DNA from: the human T2T-CHM13v2.0 reference genome, Homo sapiens
DNA: 64,000 bases
Assembly (NCBI RefSeq): GCF_009914755.1
Contig: NC_060925.1
Strand: one strand, 5' to 3'
The number at the start of each line of letters is the position of its first letter. Position 1 is the first letter of the stretch. Positions 17,716 to 37,492 of the stretch are shown in pieces. The notes beneath the pieces were generated by a model that was not told where the DNA came from, ran no database searches, and saw only the letters and a program-made list of their open reading frames with translations. Made by a program: the position numbers and the translations under genes.

Positions 17716-18023
17716 TTTTTTTAATTTATTTTTATTTTTGAGACAGTCTTGCTCTGTCGCCCAGGCTGGAGTGCTGTGGCATGATCTCGGCTTGCTCACT
17801 GCAACCTCCACCTCCCAGGTTTAAGCAATTCTCATGCCTTGGCCTCCAGAGTAGCTGGGATTACAGGTGTGTGCCACCATGCCTGGCTAATTTTTGTATT
17901 TTTAGTAGAGGCAGGGTTTTGCCACGTTGCCCAGGCTGGTCTCAAACTCCTGGCCTCAAGTGATCCACCTGCCTTGGCCTCCCAAAGTGCTGGGATTACA
18001 GATGTGAGCCATCGTGCCTGGTC
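17716..18023 (-). mobile_element. Alu (S/J)
   Basis: Antisense dimer. Confidence 0.9.
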
Positions 18024-18074
18024 TGAACTACTTATAGATTTTAAATAATGTTACAGAACTCCTCTCCTTAAAAT

Positions 18075-18270
18075 CAAATAGCCTTGAATTTAAAACCTGG
18101 CTCTGCATATAACTAGCTGTAAGAATTTGAGCAAGTTATTTAACTTTTCTGGGCATCTTTTTGCATCTGTAAAATAGATATAATAATTACCTTTATAGGT
18201 TTGTTGTGATGATTTAGACAATGGATTTCAACATGTCTGGTACATAAAAGATCCTTAATAAATGTCAGTT
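18075..18270 (+). mobile_element. MIR
   Basis: Core ttgagcaagttatttaacttttct...catctgtaaaat. Confidence 0.75.
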
Positions 18271-18849
18271 CTATAATGTGGCAGTTGCTGCCTTAAATAG
18301 CTGAACTGCAAATCTTAGACTGCAAAACTCTAAAAATTTACATTTTCACAATAGTACAAATCATTACAATAGAGAAGATATAAAGAATTAGGGCTCCTGG
18401 GAAGAGATTAATATGTCTTTCTTTTATTCTAGCTCACTAACATATGCAAAATAAAGCTAAATCTAAAAATACTCAAATCAAATGAAATTCAGCTGGAGGT
18501 GAAATTGGAAAGAAAAAGGTGAATAATTTATATTAGGCTACCAGTTATCTCCTATAGCCTAGTGGAAAATTTAAATGACATGCTACTGCAAATACAACTG
18601 TACTGAATCCTATCCATACCAGAATTTCACCTCCTATAGAGATTCACATTTTAAAAAGCTTAACCTAAAAGCATTTTTAAGACAATAACTTCAGCATGTT
18701 AATATTTTAAGCAACTAAGTTATACTAATAACTTCATATAAGTTAGTGTAAGTTATAGTAATCACTATAAATAAGAGCTATATTATATAATATAGAACTT
18801 GCTTTATTGCTTTCTGTTCCCATATTTATTTATTGCTATAAAAATTTCA

Positions 18850-19050
18850 AGTTCTGGATCCAAATTCTGCCCACTTAACTAGTCAAGTTAATTAGCTCTT
18901 CTAAATGTCACTTCTTTCATTTGTAAAATGAGGATAATAATATCATCTTATGTCACTATAATGAGGATTAAATAAGTTTATAAACCTCTTACTTAACACA
19001 GAATACTTTTAGCATACAGTAACTACCAAATAAATATTATTTATTATTAT
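18850..19050 (+). mobile_element. MIR
   Basis: tttcatttgtaaaatgaggataataata...gaggattaaataag. Confidence 0.7.
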
Positions 19051-19146
19051 TGTTAAAGAATGTTAATCAAAGTTTTTTAGATTTTCTATGACTAGTTTGG
19101 ACTTCACATTTTCCAATCTGGAGAGGTTATTGAGATATGATTATGA

Positions 19147-19444
<298 letters not shown>

Positions 19445-19569
19445 CTCAATTGTTAAACTGACTAAAAATCACTGATAGAAAGAATATACTTTGCAAACTT
19501 CAGATCTCAATTTAAATGTCACTTTTTTGATGAACTCTACTCACCAAAGGCCCTTCATTTAAGTTTTAA

Positions 19570-19684
19570 TTTCTAATACAGTAAATATGAATAGGTGTGA
19601 CTCAAATAAACAAATGCTCTTTAAGGGTCTGCTGTAATTTTTAAAAATAGAAAAGGGTCCTGAAACCAAAGTATTTGAGACTGA
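19570..19684. mobile_element. hAT-Charlie-type MER terminal fragment
   Basis: aaacaaatgctctttaagggtc...gggtcctgaaaccaaagtatttgaga resembles a Charlie-family end. Confidence 0.45.
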
Positions 19685-19715
19685 TAACAATGCATTGATT
19701 AGAAAATATATATAC

Positions 19716-21080
<1,365 letters not shown>

Positions 21081-22160
21081 AAAATATGTGTTCTCTTGAT
21101 TCAAAGTATACTATGGTCTGTCAAACTTCTAGGTGAGTTATTCCCTCCCCCCACATTTTTTTTGGCTAGATTGATTTTGAGTGGTAACTAAGAAGTGTGC
21201 ACGTTCACTTTTCCCTATTGTAGTTATAATTACAATAAAGTTGCAAAGGCTAACTACAACTTCAGGATTTTCTTTATATTTCTTTTTACCATGAACTAGA
21301 ATTTCATCAAGTCAATAAGGGTTACACTAGTTACCTTATGCCTATAGGAACTTATAACTGACAATTACATTTTTATGGTAATATGATTACTAATAAACAC
21401 AGCTTACTTGTAAGATAAAAATATTTCCAAACAGTAAATCCACACTGCTCCATGAAAGTGAAAATATTAGGAATCACTGCACTGAAATTATCTATTCAAT
21501 CCATCTCCCACTTCCAGCTCTAATGCCACTTTTTAGGTTAGTCACTCCTCTGCTCTCGCTTTTTCTATTACAACAGCCATCCTATGTTCATTCTTTAATT
21601 TCACCATCCAATCTCTACACTGAGACCAGTATGATCCATATGAAAATTAAATCTGGCAAGCCATGTCACCATACTTGTTATTAAAAAGATTTTATGGCTC
21701 CCAGTTATGTACAACAGATATCATAAACTGATAACTTATAGGCTAAATAAAGAATAAAGATTAAAGCTGGGCATGGTGGCTCACGCCTGTAATCCCAGCA
21801 CTATGGGAGGAGGCTGAGGCGGGCAATCACCTGAGGTCAGGAGTTGGAGACCAGCCTGGCCAACATAGTGAAATGCCACCTCTACTAAAAATACAAAAAT
21901 TGGGAGAGGAGGTTCCAAGATGGCCGAATAGGAACAGCTCCAGTCTACAGCTCCCAGGGTGAGCAATGCAGAAGACGGGTGATTTCTGCATTTCCAACTG
22001 AGGTACCGGGTTCATTTCACTGGGGCTTGTCAGACAGTGGGTGCAGCCCATGGACCATAAGCCAAAGCAGGGCGAGGCATCGCCTCACCCAGGAAGTGCA
22101 AGAGGTCAGGGAATTCCCTTTCCTAGCCAAGGGAAGCGGAGACAGATGGCACCTGGAAAA

Positions 22161-22343
22161 TCAGGTCACTCCCACCCTAATACTGTGCTTTTCCAACGAT
22201 CTTAGCAAACAGCACACCAGGAGATTATATCCCATGCCTGGCTTGGAGGGTTCCACGCCCACGGAGCCTTGCTCACTGCCAGCACAGCACTCTGAGATCG
22301 AACTGCAAGGCAGCAGCCAGGCTGGGGGAGGGGCACCCGCCAT
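22161..22343 (-). pseudogene. L1 ORF0 homologue (60 aa, C-terminally shortened)
   Basis: MAGAPPPAWLLPCSSISECCAGSEQGSVGVEPSKPG... matches primate L1 antisense ORF0. Confidence 0.75.
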
Positions 22344-23999
22344 TGCTGAGGCTTGAGCAGGTAAGCAAAGCTGCCAGGAAGCTCAAACTGGGTGGAGCCC
22401 ACCACAGCTCAAGGAGGCCTGCCTGCCTCTGTAGATTCCACCTCTGGGGGCAGGGCATAGTTGAACAAAAGGCAGCAGAAACTTCTGCAGACTTAAACAT
22501 CCCTGTCTGACAGCTTTGAAGAGAGTAGTGGTTCTCCCAGCATGGAGTTTGAGATCTCAGAACAGACAGACTGCCTCCTCAAGTGGGTCCTTGACCCCCA
22601 AGTAGCCTAACTGGGAGGCACCTCCCAGTAAGGGCCGACTGACACCTCATATGGCCAGATGCCCCTCTGAGATGAAGCTTCCAGAGGGAGGATCAGGCAG
22701 CAACATTTGCCATTCTGCAATATTTGCAGTTCTGCAGCCTCTGCTGGTGATACCCAGGTAAACAGGGTCTGGAGTGGACCTCCAGCAAACTCCAACAGAC
22801 CTGCAGCTGAGGGTCCTGACTGTTAAAAGGAAAAGAAACAAACAGAAAGGACATCCACACCAAAACCCCATCTGTACGTCATCATCATCAAAGACCAAAG
22901 GTAGATAAAACCACAAAGATGGGCAGAAACCAGGGCAGAAAAGCTGAAAATTCTAAAAATCAGAGTGCCTCTTCTCCTTCAAAGGAACACAGCTCCTTGC
23001 CAGCAACAGAACAAAGCTAGACAGAGAATGACTTTGACGAGTTGAGAGAAGGCTTCAGAAGATCGGTAATAACAAACTTCTCCGAGCTAAAGGAGGATGT
23101 TCGAACCCATCGCAAAGAAGTTGAAAACCTTGAAAAAAGATTGGACGAATTGCTAACTAGAATAAACAGCATAGAGAAGACCTTAAATGACCTGATGGAG
23201 CTGAAAACCATGGCATGAGAACTATGTGACGCATGCATAAGCTTCAGTAGCTGATTCAATCAACTGGAAGAAACGGTATCAGTGATGGAAGATCAAATGA
23301 ATGAAGTCAGAAGAGAAGCTTAGAGAAAAAAGAGTAAAAAGAAATGAACAAAGCCTCCAAGAAATATGGGACAATGTGAAAAGACCAAATCTACGTCTGA
23401 TTGGCGTACCTGAAAGTGACAGGGAGAATGGAACCAAGTTGGAAAACACTCTTCAGGATGTTATCCAGGAGAACTTCCCCAACCTAGCAAGGCAGGCCAA
23501 CATTCAAATTCAGGAAATACATAGAACGCCACAAAGATAGTCCTCCAGAAGAGCAACTCCAAGACACATAATTGTCAGATTCACCAAAGTTGAAATGAAG
23601 GAAAAAATGTTGAGGGCAGCCAGAGAGAAAGGTTGGGTTACCCATAAAGGGAAGCCCATCAGACTAACAGTGGATCTCTCGGCAGAAACTCTAAAAGCCA
23701 GAAGAGAGTGGGGGCCAATATTCAGCATTCTTAAAGAAAAGAATTTTCAACCCAGAATTTCATAACCAGCCAAACTAAGCTTCACAGGTGAAGGAGAAAT
23801 AAAATCCTTTACAGACAAGCAAATGCTGAGAGATTTTGTCACCACCAGGCCTGCCCTACAAGAGCTCCTGAAGGAAGCACTAAACATGGAAAGGAACAAC
23901 CGGTACCAGCCACTGCAAAAACATGACAAATTGTAAAAACCATTGATGCTAGGAAGAAACTACATCAACCAACAAGCAAAATAACCAGCTAACATCATA

Positions 24000-27830
<3,831 letters not shown>

Positions 27831-28058
27831 TGAGAACACTTGGACACAGGGTTGGGAACACCACACACCAGGGCCTGTCGTGGGCTGGGGCAAGTGGGGA
27901 GGCGGGAGGGATAACATTAGGAGATATACCTAATGTAAATGACGAGTTAATGGCTGCAGCACACCAACATGGCACATGTATACATATGTAACAAACTTGC
28001 ATGTTGTGCACATGTACCCTAGAACTTAAAGTATAATAAATATATATATATTTTTTTA

Positions 28059-28265
<207 letters not shown>

Positions 28266-28299
28266 CTACATGGGAGTTTTTAATTTTTTTAAGTTAGTT

Positions 28300-28545
28300 T
28301 TGAAAATAGGAAAATTTCACATTTAAAAATATCTGGTTTCACTTTTAAAAATTAGAAAATGTGGCAACACTGGGCCCAAATTTCTACATAGCAAAACTCA
28401 GCTAGAACAGAGGAAAGGACATCTAGGTAAAATGGCATATGTGATTTGCAATTTTCAGTTTATCACAGTCTTTACCAAGTCCAATTCATTCATTTTATCT
28501 TACCTGCCTGGTTCCCCATAAACAACTGAATTTGTGCTATCTGCT
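28300..28545 (+). mobile_element. MER102-like hAT-Charlie fragment
   Basis: ggcaacactgggcccaaatttctacatagcaaaactcagctagaac. Confidence 0.6.
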
Positions 28546-29300
28546 TTACAAAGTAATACCCAAACTCTTCAGAAAGATATACAAAACTCTTGATAATCTG
28601 GCTCAAGCTAACTTTCCACTATCAATGCCCATCTCTTACGCACTCTCTCATAAACAGGCTCATCTTTCTTCCAACACATCATGTTCCTTTATACGTTCTT
28701 TTACACTTCCAATCTGTATATCTAGTTTCTTCTGCTTGGAATACCCTCCCACATTCATTTCCCTATGTATCTAAGCATCTGAAAAACTCTTCTAATCCTT
28801 CCTCCTTTAAAACTCAACCATACCAGAAGGTGGGAAAACAGACAATCTTATATAAATGAGATAATGCATGTAAACATTTAGCACAGAGATTGGCATATAG
28901 TAAGTTCTCATTAAATATCTTTACAACAGCTCTAAGAGGTAGGAATTATTATACCATAAAAGAGACAAAGATATCATTACTTAAAAAAGATATGTAACTT
29001 AATCAAGACCAACTTAATCAAGACTAAGGAGCTAGTGACACAGTTGGAATATGAATCCTAACCTCTCTAATTCTAAAGCCCATGTAATCATCATCAGACC
29101 ATACTGTCTCTTCCTACTTCAATTTAAATGACACAGAACTGCCAGATTAAATTTCCTAATATATTTCATCATGTCACTTTTCTATTCAGGTACCTCCAAC
29201 AGTTGCCTACTATAAACAAATCCAAACCATTCTATCTTTGTATTCCTAACTCAGCAATACAAGCTTAATACATAGTCTCAACTAATTCAACTCATATTAT
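28545..29300. mobile_element. Cluster of old L2 and MIR remnants
   Basis: ttctgcttggaataccctccc; taaatgagataatgcatgtaaacatttagcacag; tctaagaggtaggaattatt. Confidence 0.55.
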
Positions 29301-29983
29301 TAAAGGAACAAATAAATAAGAAAACTTCTATTGTACTAGTGTTCTGTATTAGATGGTAGAATCTGAATACTTTCGTTAGCATTTCTTACATCACTTAATA
29401 CACAGCATGCACTAAAAAAAGTATTAAAACCTATATTATACACATATATACTAGTTATGAAACATCATCCTCCTTTTAAAAAAAAATTCCACACGGTTAA
29501 CATTTTACCTCTAAGCTAGTGAAATACTAAAACTCAGCAACATTTCTGTGTGTGTGTGTAAATTGCTATTTTATTTCATTTTAAAGGAAAGTTCTAAAAC
29601 ATTTTAAAAGTTGCAGAATAATGCCTTATTATAGCCTATTTATATAACATTGTATGGATACACTGCTGTACCTACATTCCGAAAAAACCATCTGAAAGCT
29701 AGAATAATGTCAAGGTGGACTTTTACCTTTTTTCTCTGAATTTTTATATATTGTTTGATTTATAAATAAGTATGTAATTTTTGAAAAACAATAAAGCTAT
29801 TTAAGAAACAATTATTTTGAATCCTCAACAGTAATGAGATATTCCCTCCCACTTTACTCAAAAACATACTGAGTCACACTGGCAAAGTAAATATTAAAGC
29901 CCTAAGAAGAGGTAACTACATAAATCAGAAGACAGTTTTAATTTTAGGAGGAAATGTTATACAAACAAAGGCTATAAAATCAC

Positions 29984-30444
29984 TTTTTTTTTTTTTTTTG
30001 AGACAGGGTCTTGCTCTGTCACCCCAGGTGGAGTGCGGTGGCAGGATCATGACTCACTGCAACTTTGAACTTTTGGGTTCAAGTGATCCTCCTGCCTCAG
30101 CCTCCCAAATAGCTGGGATTACAGGCACGTACCACCATGCCTGGCTAATTTTTTTACTTTCCTTTTGTAGAGACAGAGTCTCGCTATGTTGACTAGGCTG
30201 GCTTTGAACTCCTTGCCTCAAGCGATCCTCTTGCCTTGGCCTTCCAAAGTGCTGGGATTACAGGTGCACAGGTGCATGCCACCACACAAGGTTAATTTAA
30301 AAATTATTGGTTTCTGTTGAGATGGGGTCTTGCTTTGTTGCCCAGGCTGCCAGGCTAGTCTCAAACTCTTGGCCTCAAGTGATCCTCCTGCCTCAGCCTC
30401 CCAAAGGGCTGGGAAAATAGGAATGAGGCACCACACTTGGCTGA
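29984..30444 (-). mobile_element. AluJ trimer (left-left-right) under one TSD
   Basis: TSD aaatcacttttt / aaatgacttttt; two left arms. Confidence 0.8.
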
Positions 30445-31738
30445 AATGACTTTTTATTAAATTAAAAATGACTAGAATATTACCAATATTTGGCACAGCA
30501 CTGAATTTACACATAATTATTGTAATAAATAGTAATAGTAAAAATGTAATAAATAGTAATTACATTTATTTCACAATGCAGAAATCTTTTCAAAAATAAA
30601 TCATACATTTTCACATCTACTTTAGAAGATGCAACTTTTGGAAAAACTACATTTAACAGTGCAGAACTAAGAAAATTCAACATGAGGATTTATTCAAATA
30701 ATTAACTGCCTGATCAGTTACTGAAAAATTCTACCACTGGAATAACTACTCTTTGTTGGTTTCCAGAATAGCATATATTCCTCCAGGTACATTTTCAATT
30801 CTCTAAAATCAAGCTTATTTCAAAAAAGTAATACAAACGCCAAATACATTCCTCTGTTGTCTTTTCAAAAAGTTCTAGCACTATACCACAGTAGCTAAGA
30901 CTCAAAAAATTAATTTTATATTGAAAAAACTAGTGTATGGTATTTCTTTGTTACAAGGTCAGAAAATCAATTGAATTTGAATTACCTACAGTGGTAGGTA
31001 ACTGACAAAGATTAATCTAAAATAGACATTGTCTCTGAAACGAAAGTCTACTAACAGTTTTACAGCCTATCAAAATCATGTGAAAGATTCTTGCTACAGC
31101 TCTGTTATCATACTTCTTTCAGCTATAGTTCAGCCTATTTTCATAAGATAGGACATCATACTATTATAATTCCATAACCTCATCAGAACCACAAAAGTGC
31201 AAAGGTATAATTATAAAGAAATAAAGCACTATCAAAGGGGCTTTGTAAGAGTGAACATTAACCAATACTATCAAAAAATTCTGAGGGAATACTGTAGAGA
31301 ACATTACATCACCATAACCAATTTTTACTAATAATGAATAACTCAACGAATACACTTTAACAGAAATTTAACCAACTTAACACAAGTTATTTAAATTTAA
31401 CCAACTAACCAGAAGTTATTTTAGCAAAATTTTTAGATAATTATTTGGAACTACAATTGTTTCTATAACATAAAAAGTGTAACAAAATTTGAGATTTGAA
31501 TGAGACTATTCAAGTTATACTTCATATTTATTCAGTCTCTGCTTTAAAGAATCATAAGTTCATTATATGAATTTTTCAGTCCCAAATTTTTTTCTAAAAT
31601 CTTCTCAAATTCACCGTCCAAAATGCAGAGGAAAATCTAATAATATTGTAAGAATGCTCAGAGGTGTGAACTCAGATGTAATGTTCAAAAAAAAAGGAAA
31701 GATAATCCATTTAGTGTTAGAACCAAAATGTGACTCAC

Positions 31739-31983
31739 GGTTGCGAAACTAAACAAACATGATTCTGGTTGGCGGCTTCCCTATACTTTGTTTTGACCGT
31801 ATTTGCTGAGCAAATATTAATAGTTGTACTCGTCTCTCAAAAAGTTAACTTGTCCAAAAAGGAAGATAAAATATCAACTTCAATTGGTAATAAACAGCAA
31901 ATATATTGGTTAAAGGCAATATTATAATAACTGAAGAACGCAGAACCAAATTAGCAGTGCAGATATATTCTTAGTGAAGTGAA
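31739..31983 (-). other. Internal non-coding (5'UTR-like) exon, 245 nt, of an unidentified minus-strand host gene
   Basis: On the minus strand: polypyrimidine tract and acceptor ttttgttcttttcag|TTCACT at 31984/31983 and a strong donor CAACC|gtgagt at 31739/31738. Stops occur in all three frames. About 6 CpGs are retained in a CpG-poor, repeat-free island. The single ATG opens ATG-TTT-GTT-TAG (31760-31749). Confidence 0.8.
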
Positions 31984-32439
31984 CTGAAAAGAACAAAATA
32001 TTTTTAAAAATATTTTACTACGTAAAAAAGCTGAAAAAGTGCTAATTTATATTTTTGAACTGTTTTATTTTGCAACATGATAATGAATGGCTGTTGTAAT
32101 TGGTAGTTCTGCAGCAAACAAGCTACATAAGACCTTAGACAAGACAATAACATCAACAATACAGAGCTTTATATTTTAATAGGTGCCTCAGATACACTAC
32201 CTCTTGCAGCTGAACTCTTTGGGGAAAAATATCCTCCCCCAAAAGGAACTACAAAGATTGCTATATATCTTTTTCTCCCACAGCATGTCCTTGTAGTCTT
32301 ATCTGGACCTACAGGATCACAGTTTAGAGCAGTTAAACAAAGGAATCATATATTTAGTTTATAATTATTACGCAAATCATTCTTAAAATCACTCTTCAGA
32401 ATGTTGTGCCTCTTTTCTTCCTTTGTTAAAACTTACTGC

Positions 32440-32726
32440 TGCTAGGCATTGTGCTCATGCCTATAATCCCAATGCTTTCGGAAGCCAAGGTGGGAAGATT
32501 GCTTAAGACCAGGAATTCGAGACCAGCCTGGGAAACACAGTGAGACCCAGTCTCTACAAAAAATAAAAAAAATTAGCCGGGCATGGTGGTGTGTGCCTGT
32601 GGTCCCAACTTCTTGGGAGGCTGAGGCAGGAGGATTGCTTAAGCCCAAGAGTTCAAGGCTGCAGTACACTATGATCATACCACTGTACTCCAGCCTGGGT
32701 GACATAGCAAGACCTTGTCTCAAAAA
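32440..32726 (+). mobile_element. AluJ
   Basis: Dimer with short tail, ~460 nt from the exon acceptor. Confidence 0.9.
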
Positions 32727-33129
32727 TTATAATCATCACCAATTTAAACAATTTGGTACTACTAGAGGAAACGTTACTTTTGCATGAATACATAATAGGT
32801 CCACAACATATGAACTGAATATATTAGTCTCAATAACGGAGCTACTGCTCTGGTACAGCACCAACTAAATAATTTCTCTTTAAGTCTGTACATTAAAAGT
32901 GTGATATTACATAAAAGGCAAGAATGGATGTTACTAAGGCAATAAATATTAGTGTCACACACCAAATACAAAACCTATGTCTGAATTTTCTTATAGACAG
33001 AAAAGGAAACAATTTCAGTATATAATTCCTAAATTTAACTGAGTTTTTTTCATTCTTTTCAATCTCTATAGGACTTAAGTTATCCATGCATTTTTCACTG
33101 TGCATAACTGAACAGTGATTAAGATTTTG

Positions 33130-33330
33130 AACACAGGAGCCGGGCTCTAACCCCAGCTGCCCCACATAACTATATAAATTTGGACTAGTTTCTTATCAGG
33201 GCCTCATTTCCTCATATGTAAAATTGGGATAATAATAGTACATACCTCAAAAGAATATTATATGGATTACATAAATTATAACATGTTAAATATTTGGCAA
33301 AGCGCCCAGCACTTTGTGTTAGCTTTTAAT
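33130..33330 (+). mobile_element. MIR
   Basis: gcctcatttcctcatatgtaaaattgggataataatagtacatacctca. Confidence 0.75.
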
Positions 33331-33536
33331 ATTGTTATTATTGTTATGCAAATAAAAAGTGAAACTATATTAAGTGGCAATATTTACACAGCTTTAAAAG
33401 ACTGTAAATTTATATAACCAATAAAGACATAATTGCTTAAAAAACTTTAGCTTATAATCTGAGTAGGAACCAAATATCATTTAAAATGAAATTAGATGAG
33501 TTACGTATGTTTGTACTGATTATAATTTAACCTTTA

Positions 33537-33848
<312 letters not shown>

Positions 33849-34007
33849 ATGAAATAAAACTAAAACATTCAAAAGTGATCTTTTAATAAAAATAATTGGA
33901 GATTTTTAATGTAAGCTAAGAAAAACATATTCTCTTAAACAATTCAAAATAAATAGGTAATTGGAGGAGTACTCACTATTAATCAAAGTTCATTCAAGTT
34001 CATTATC

Positions 34008-34311
34008 AGCTCAGTGAGGTGGCTCACACCTGTAATCCCAGGACTTTGGGAAGCCGAGGTGGGCGGATCACTTTAGGCCAGGAGTTTGAGACCTGCCTGG
34101 CCAACATGGTGAAACCCCAACTCTACTAAAAAAAAAAAAAAAAAAAATTAGCTGGGCATGACACACCCAATACAAAATACTCTCCTACTCGGGGAGCTGG
34201 GACAGGAGAATTGCTTGAACCTGCAAGGTGGAGTTTGCAGTGAGCTGAGATCGCGCCACTGCACTACAGCCTGGGCCACAGAGCAAGATTCTGTCTCAAA
34301 AAAAAGAAAAA
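34008..34311 (+). mobile_element. AluS with altered right-arm start
   Basis: Dimer; 34160-34185 deviates from consensus. Confidence 0.85.
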
Positions 34312-35014
34312 GATTATCATATTTATCCCTTTTTATTTTGAAACAATCTCAAACTTACAGAAAAGTTGCAAGTACAGTTCAAATAATTTTTAAATGAGTT
34401 ATTGGAGAGTAAGTTGTCAACGTACTGCCTTATCACCCCAGAATACTTTTTTTGTGTATTTCCTTCAAAGATATTCTCCTACAGAACTATAAAAATCATG
34501 AAAATCAGAAATCAATACCATAACATTATCATATAATGCACAGGCCCCATTCAACTGTTGCCAATTGCCCCAAAAATGTCCCCATAAGGATCCAGTCCAA
34601 AGTCATACAATGCATTTAGTTTTTATGTCTCCTTATTCTCCTTCAATCTGGAACCACCTGTAGTCTTAACTTTCTGACTTCTGATACTTACGAAGACTTC
34701 AGGCTAGCTATTTTGAAGAATGTCCCTCAGTAGTGCCTGTTATTTCATCATGATTAGATTCAGGTTATCTATCTTTGGCAGTAATATCATAGAAGTGGAG
34801 CCATGTTCTTATTGTTTCCTATCAAATGGCACACAATTTTGATTTCTCCCATCACTGGTGAGGTTAACTTTGCTCATTTGATCACAGTAGTGTTTGCCTG
34901 GATTCCTCACTTTAAAGTTACCTTTTTCCCCTTATAATTAAAGTATCTCATGGGAACCATATTGACATTATGCCAATATACTCATCAAATTTTCAACTTA
35001 CTCTTTCTAAAAAT

Positions 35015-35309
35015 ATTTTATTTTGGAGACAGGGTTTCATTCTGTCGCCCAAGCTGCAGTGCAGTGGAGCAATCCCAGCTCACTGCAGCCTTAACCTTCT
35101 GGGCCCAAGCGATCCTCCCACCTCAGCCTCCTAAAGTAGCTGAGACCACAGGCATGCACCACCATGCCCGGCTAATTTTTTAAAATTTTTGTAGAGACGG
35201 TGTTTTGCCATGTTGCCCAGGCTGGTCTCAAACTCCTGGGCTCATGTGATCTTCCCTCCTCAGCCTCCCGAAGTGCTGGGATTATAGGCATGAACCATGG
35301 CACCTGGCC
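35015..35309 (-). mobile_element. AluJ
   Basis: Antisense dimer. Confidence 0.9.
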
Positions 35310-35747
35310 TTTAAAAAAAAAAAACCATTGACACAATGACCTCATGGGTTTCTATTTCATTCAATGGGTTGGTTATATCCATTATTATCATTATTTTGAC
35401 ACTCAATTCATCCCATATTTGGCTAATGGGAATCTCTTCAAAGCTGGCTTTTGTATCCTTTTTGATGTGTTGCTATAATTCTTTAAGAACCTCCCTGCTT
35501 TCTGGCACAAGAACATGTTCAAGGCTCATTTGATACTTTCTCTGCCTCACCCCTAAATTCAGCCATTTCTCCAAGGAGGCTTTGTTCCTTTTATCGGAGA
35601 AAAGTACTTGGAAACCAAGATATGGGCATTAGGTGTGCTTATTGCTATTGGGATATTACTGCTCTAAGGCCCTCTCAGTTAACTGAATGCCATATATATA
35701 TATAATATATATTATATATATATTCCAATATATACTAAAAACCATGA

Positions 35748-36147
<400 letters not shown>

Positions 36148-37129
36148 TGATAGTGAGAAATTTGGCTCCTGTTATCCTTAATTGATTTACTTAGTTGATC
36201 AATATCTATAAATAACCAATCTTTCATTGCCACCACAGCTCCTCCCTGCCAATAAGGACATTCTTCTCACTGTGCTCAAGCTCAAAAAACCTGCACCTAC
36301 TGCTGCCACCCCCTGCTATGCCCACTTCACCCCATCTGAACACTAACACCCTATGGCTCTACACTCCCCTTCACCCCTATACAAAAGTCATCCTCAACCC
36401 TTTCAGACTCTGACATCTCAAATTATATCCCCCTTCATGTGGATACCCTCCTCACCCCACTTTGGCTCTAGCACCCCATGCTAGGCCACTGCTCCAGTTG
36501 GGCTCCAATATACCCTTTCAGGCCACTGCTACTATCCCTTCTTCCCATCTCACTTCCTTTTCTCTTGCTTCTCCCAGGTTTGGACTAAAGTTTTCAGGAA
36601 GGGAAGTCAGAAGAAAAGGGAATGATTAAGGATTCAGGAACTAGAGAGAGGAGGGAAGAGAAGAGCAGTATCATTGTATGACACCTCATAATTAGCTATT
36701 TTGCTATACAGTGATTATGTTTCTAAAACGTATGCAGAAAATAAGGAATAAACACTAAAGAAAATAATAGGAAAGAAGAAAAGAATATGACACTGAAAAA
36801 GAAAAAAATTTCTTAAATGTACTGAATGCTTGTTCTTATTTATTTTACACTTCCAATCATTAAGAGTTGTTATAGACTCTAACAAGGCTATGAACTATGG
36901 CCAACCCCCTTTTCCACATTGGAACTGAAAAACCTACACCATATACACAGGGAATTTAAGGTACTTAAGTTTGCAGGTTATACAGAGTGGTAACAGCAAT
37001 AGAGCAATTTCTACAATTCCTACAACCCAAACTGTGAAATCAATAATGGTGAAAGTTACAGAGGGGTATGCAAAATATACCTTTAATAGCAAAATATTTC
37101 CCAGGTCTGAATCTCATGAAATGAAAGAT

Positions 37130-37325
37130 GGGCATAAAAGGGGATTCTCTCTGCTGCTTTATAAGACAATTCGGGGAGATTGAGCAATCAGTTGCTACTT
37201 GATACCAAGCAGTAACCAGCTCTATGACACATCCTTATGTTGCCTTACCCTCCTTCCCTGTCTCATTTCATTTTCTCTCACTCTTGCTTCCCTGGGATCA
37301 TATTCTTTAATAACACAATAGCACA
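37130..37325 (+). mobile_element. ERVL LTR33/41-like fragment
   Basis: gtaaccagctc...ctccttccctgtctcattt...gcttccctgggatca. Confidence 0.55.
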
Positions 37326-37492
37326 TTAAAAAGCATTTCCCAGTCTAATGCAAGCAGAAAAATCCCTTAATACAATGCATTCTATGGCACAAACAACACT
37401 GAGTTTTGTGACTTGATAAGGACCAAGGATTCCAGATTGGAAAGGAAGATAAAAGTTTATCTCTATTTGAGTAATAAATTCATTCCACAAGG

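Noticed and set aside
27880-27910. G-quadruplex-like tract (also 45812-45830)
   Set aside because: A known generic feature of L1 3'UTRs, not specific to this locus.
31739-31983. Assigning a gene symbol to the host exon
   Set aside because: I could not recognise the sequence with confidence; it needs a BLAT search.
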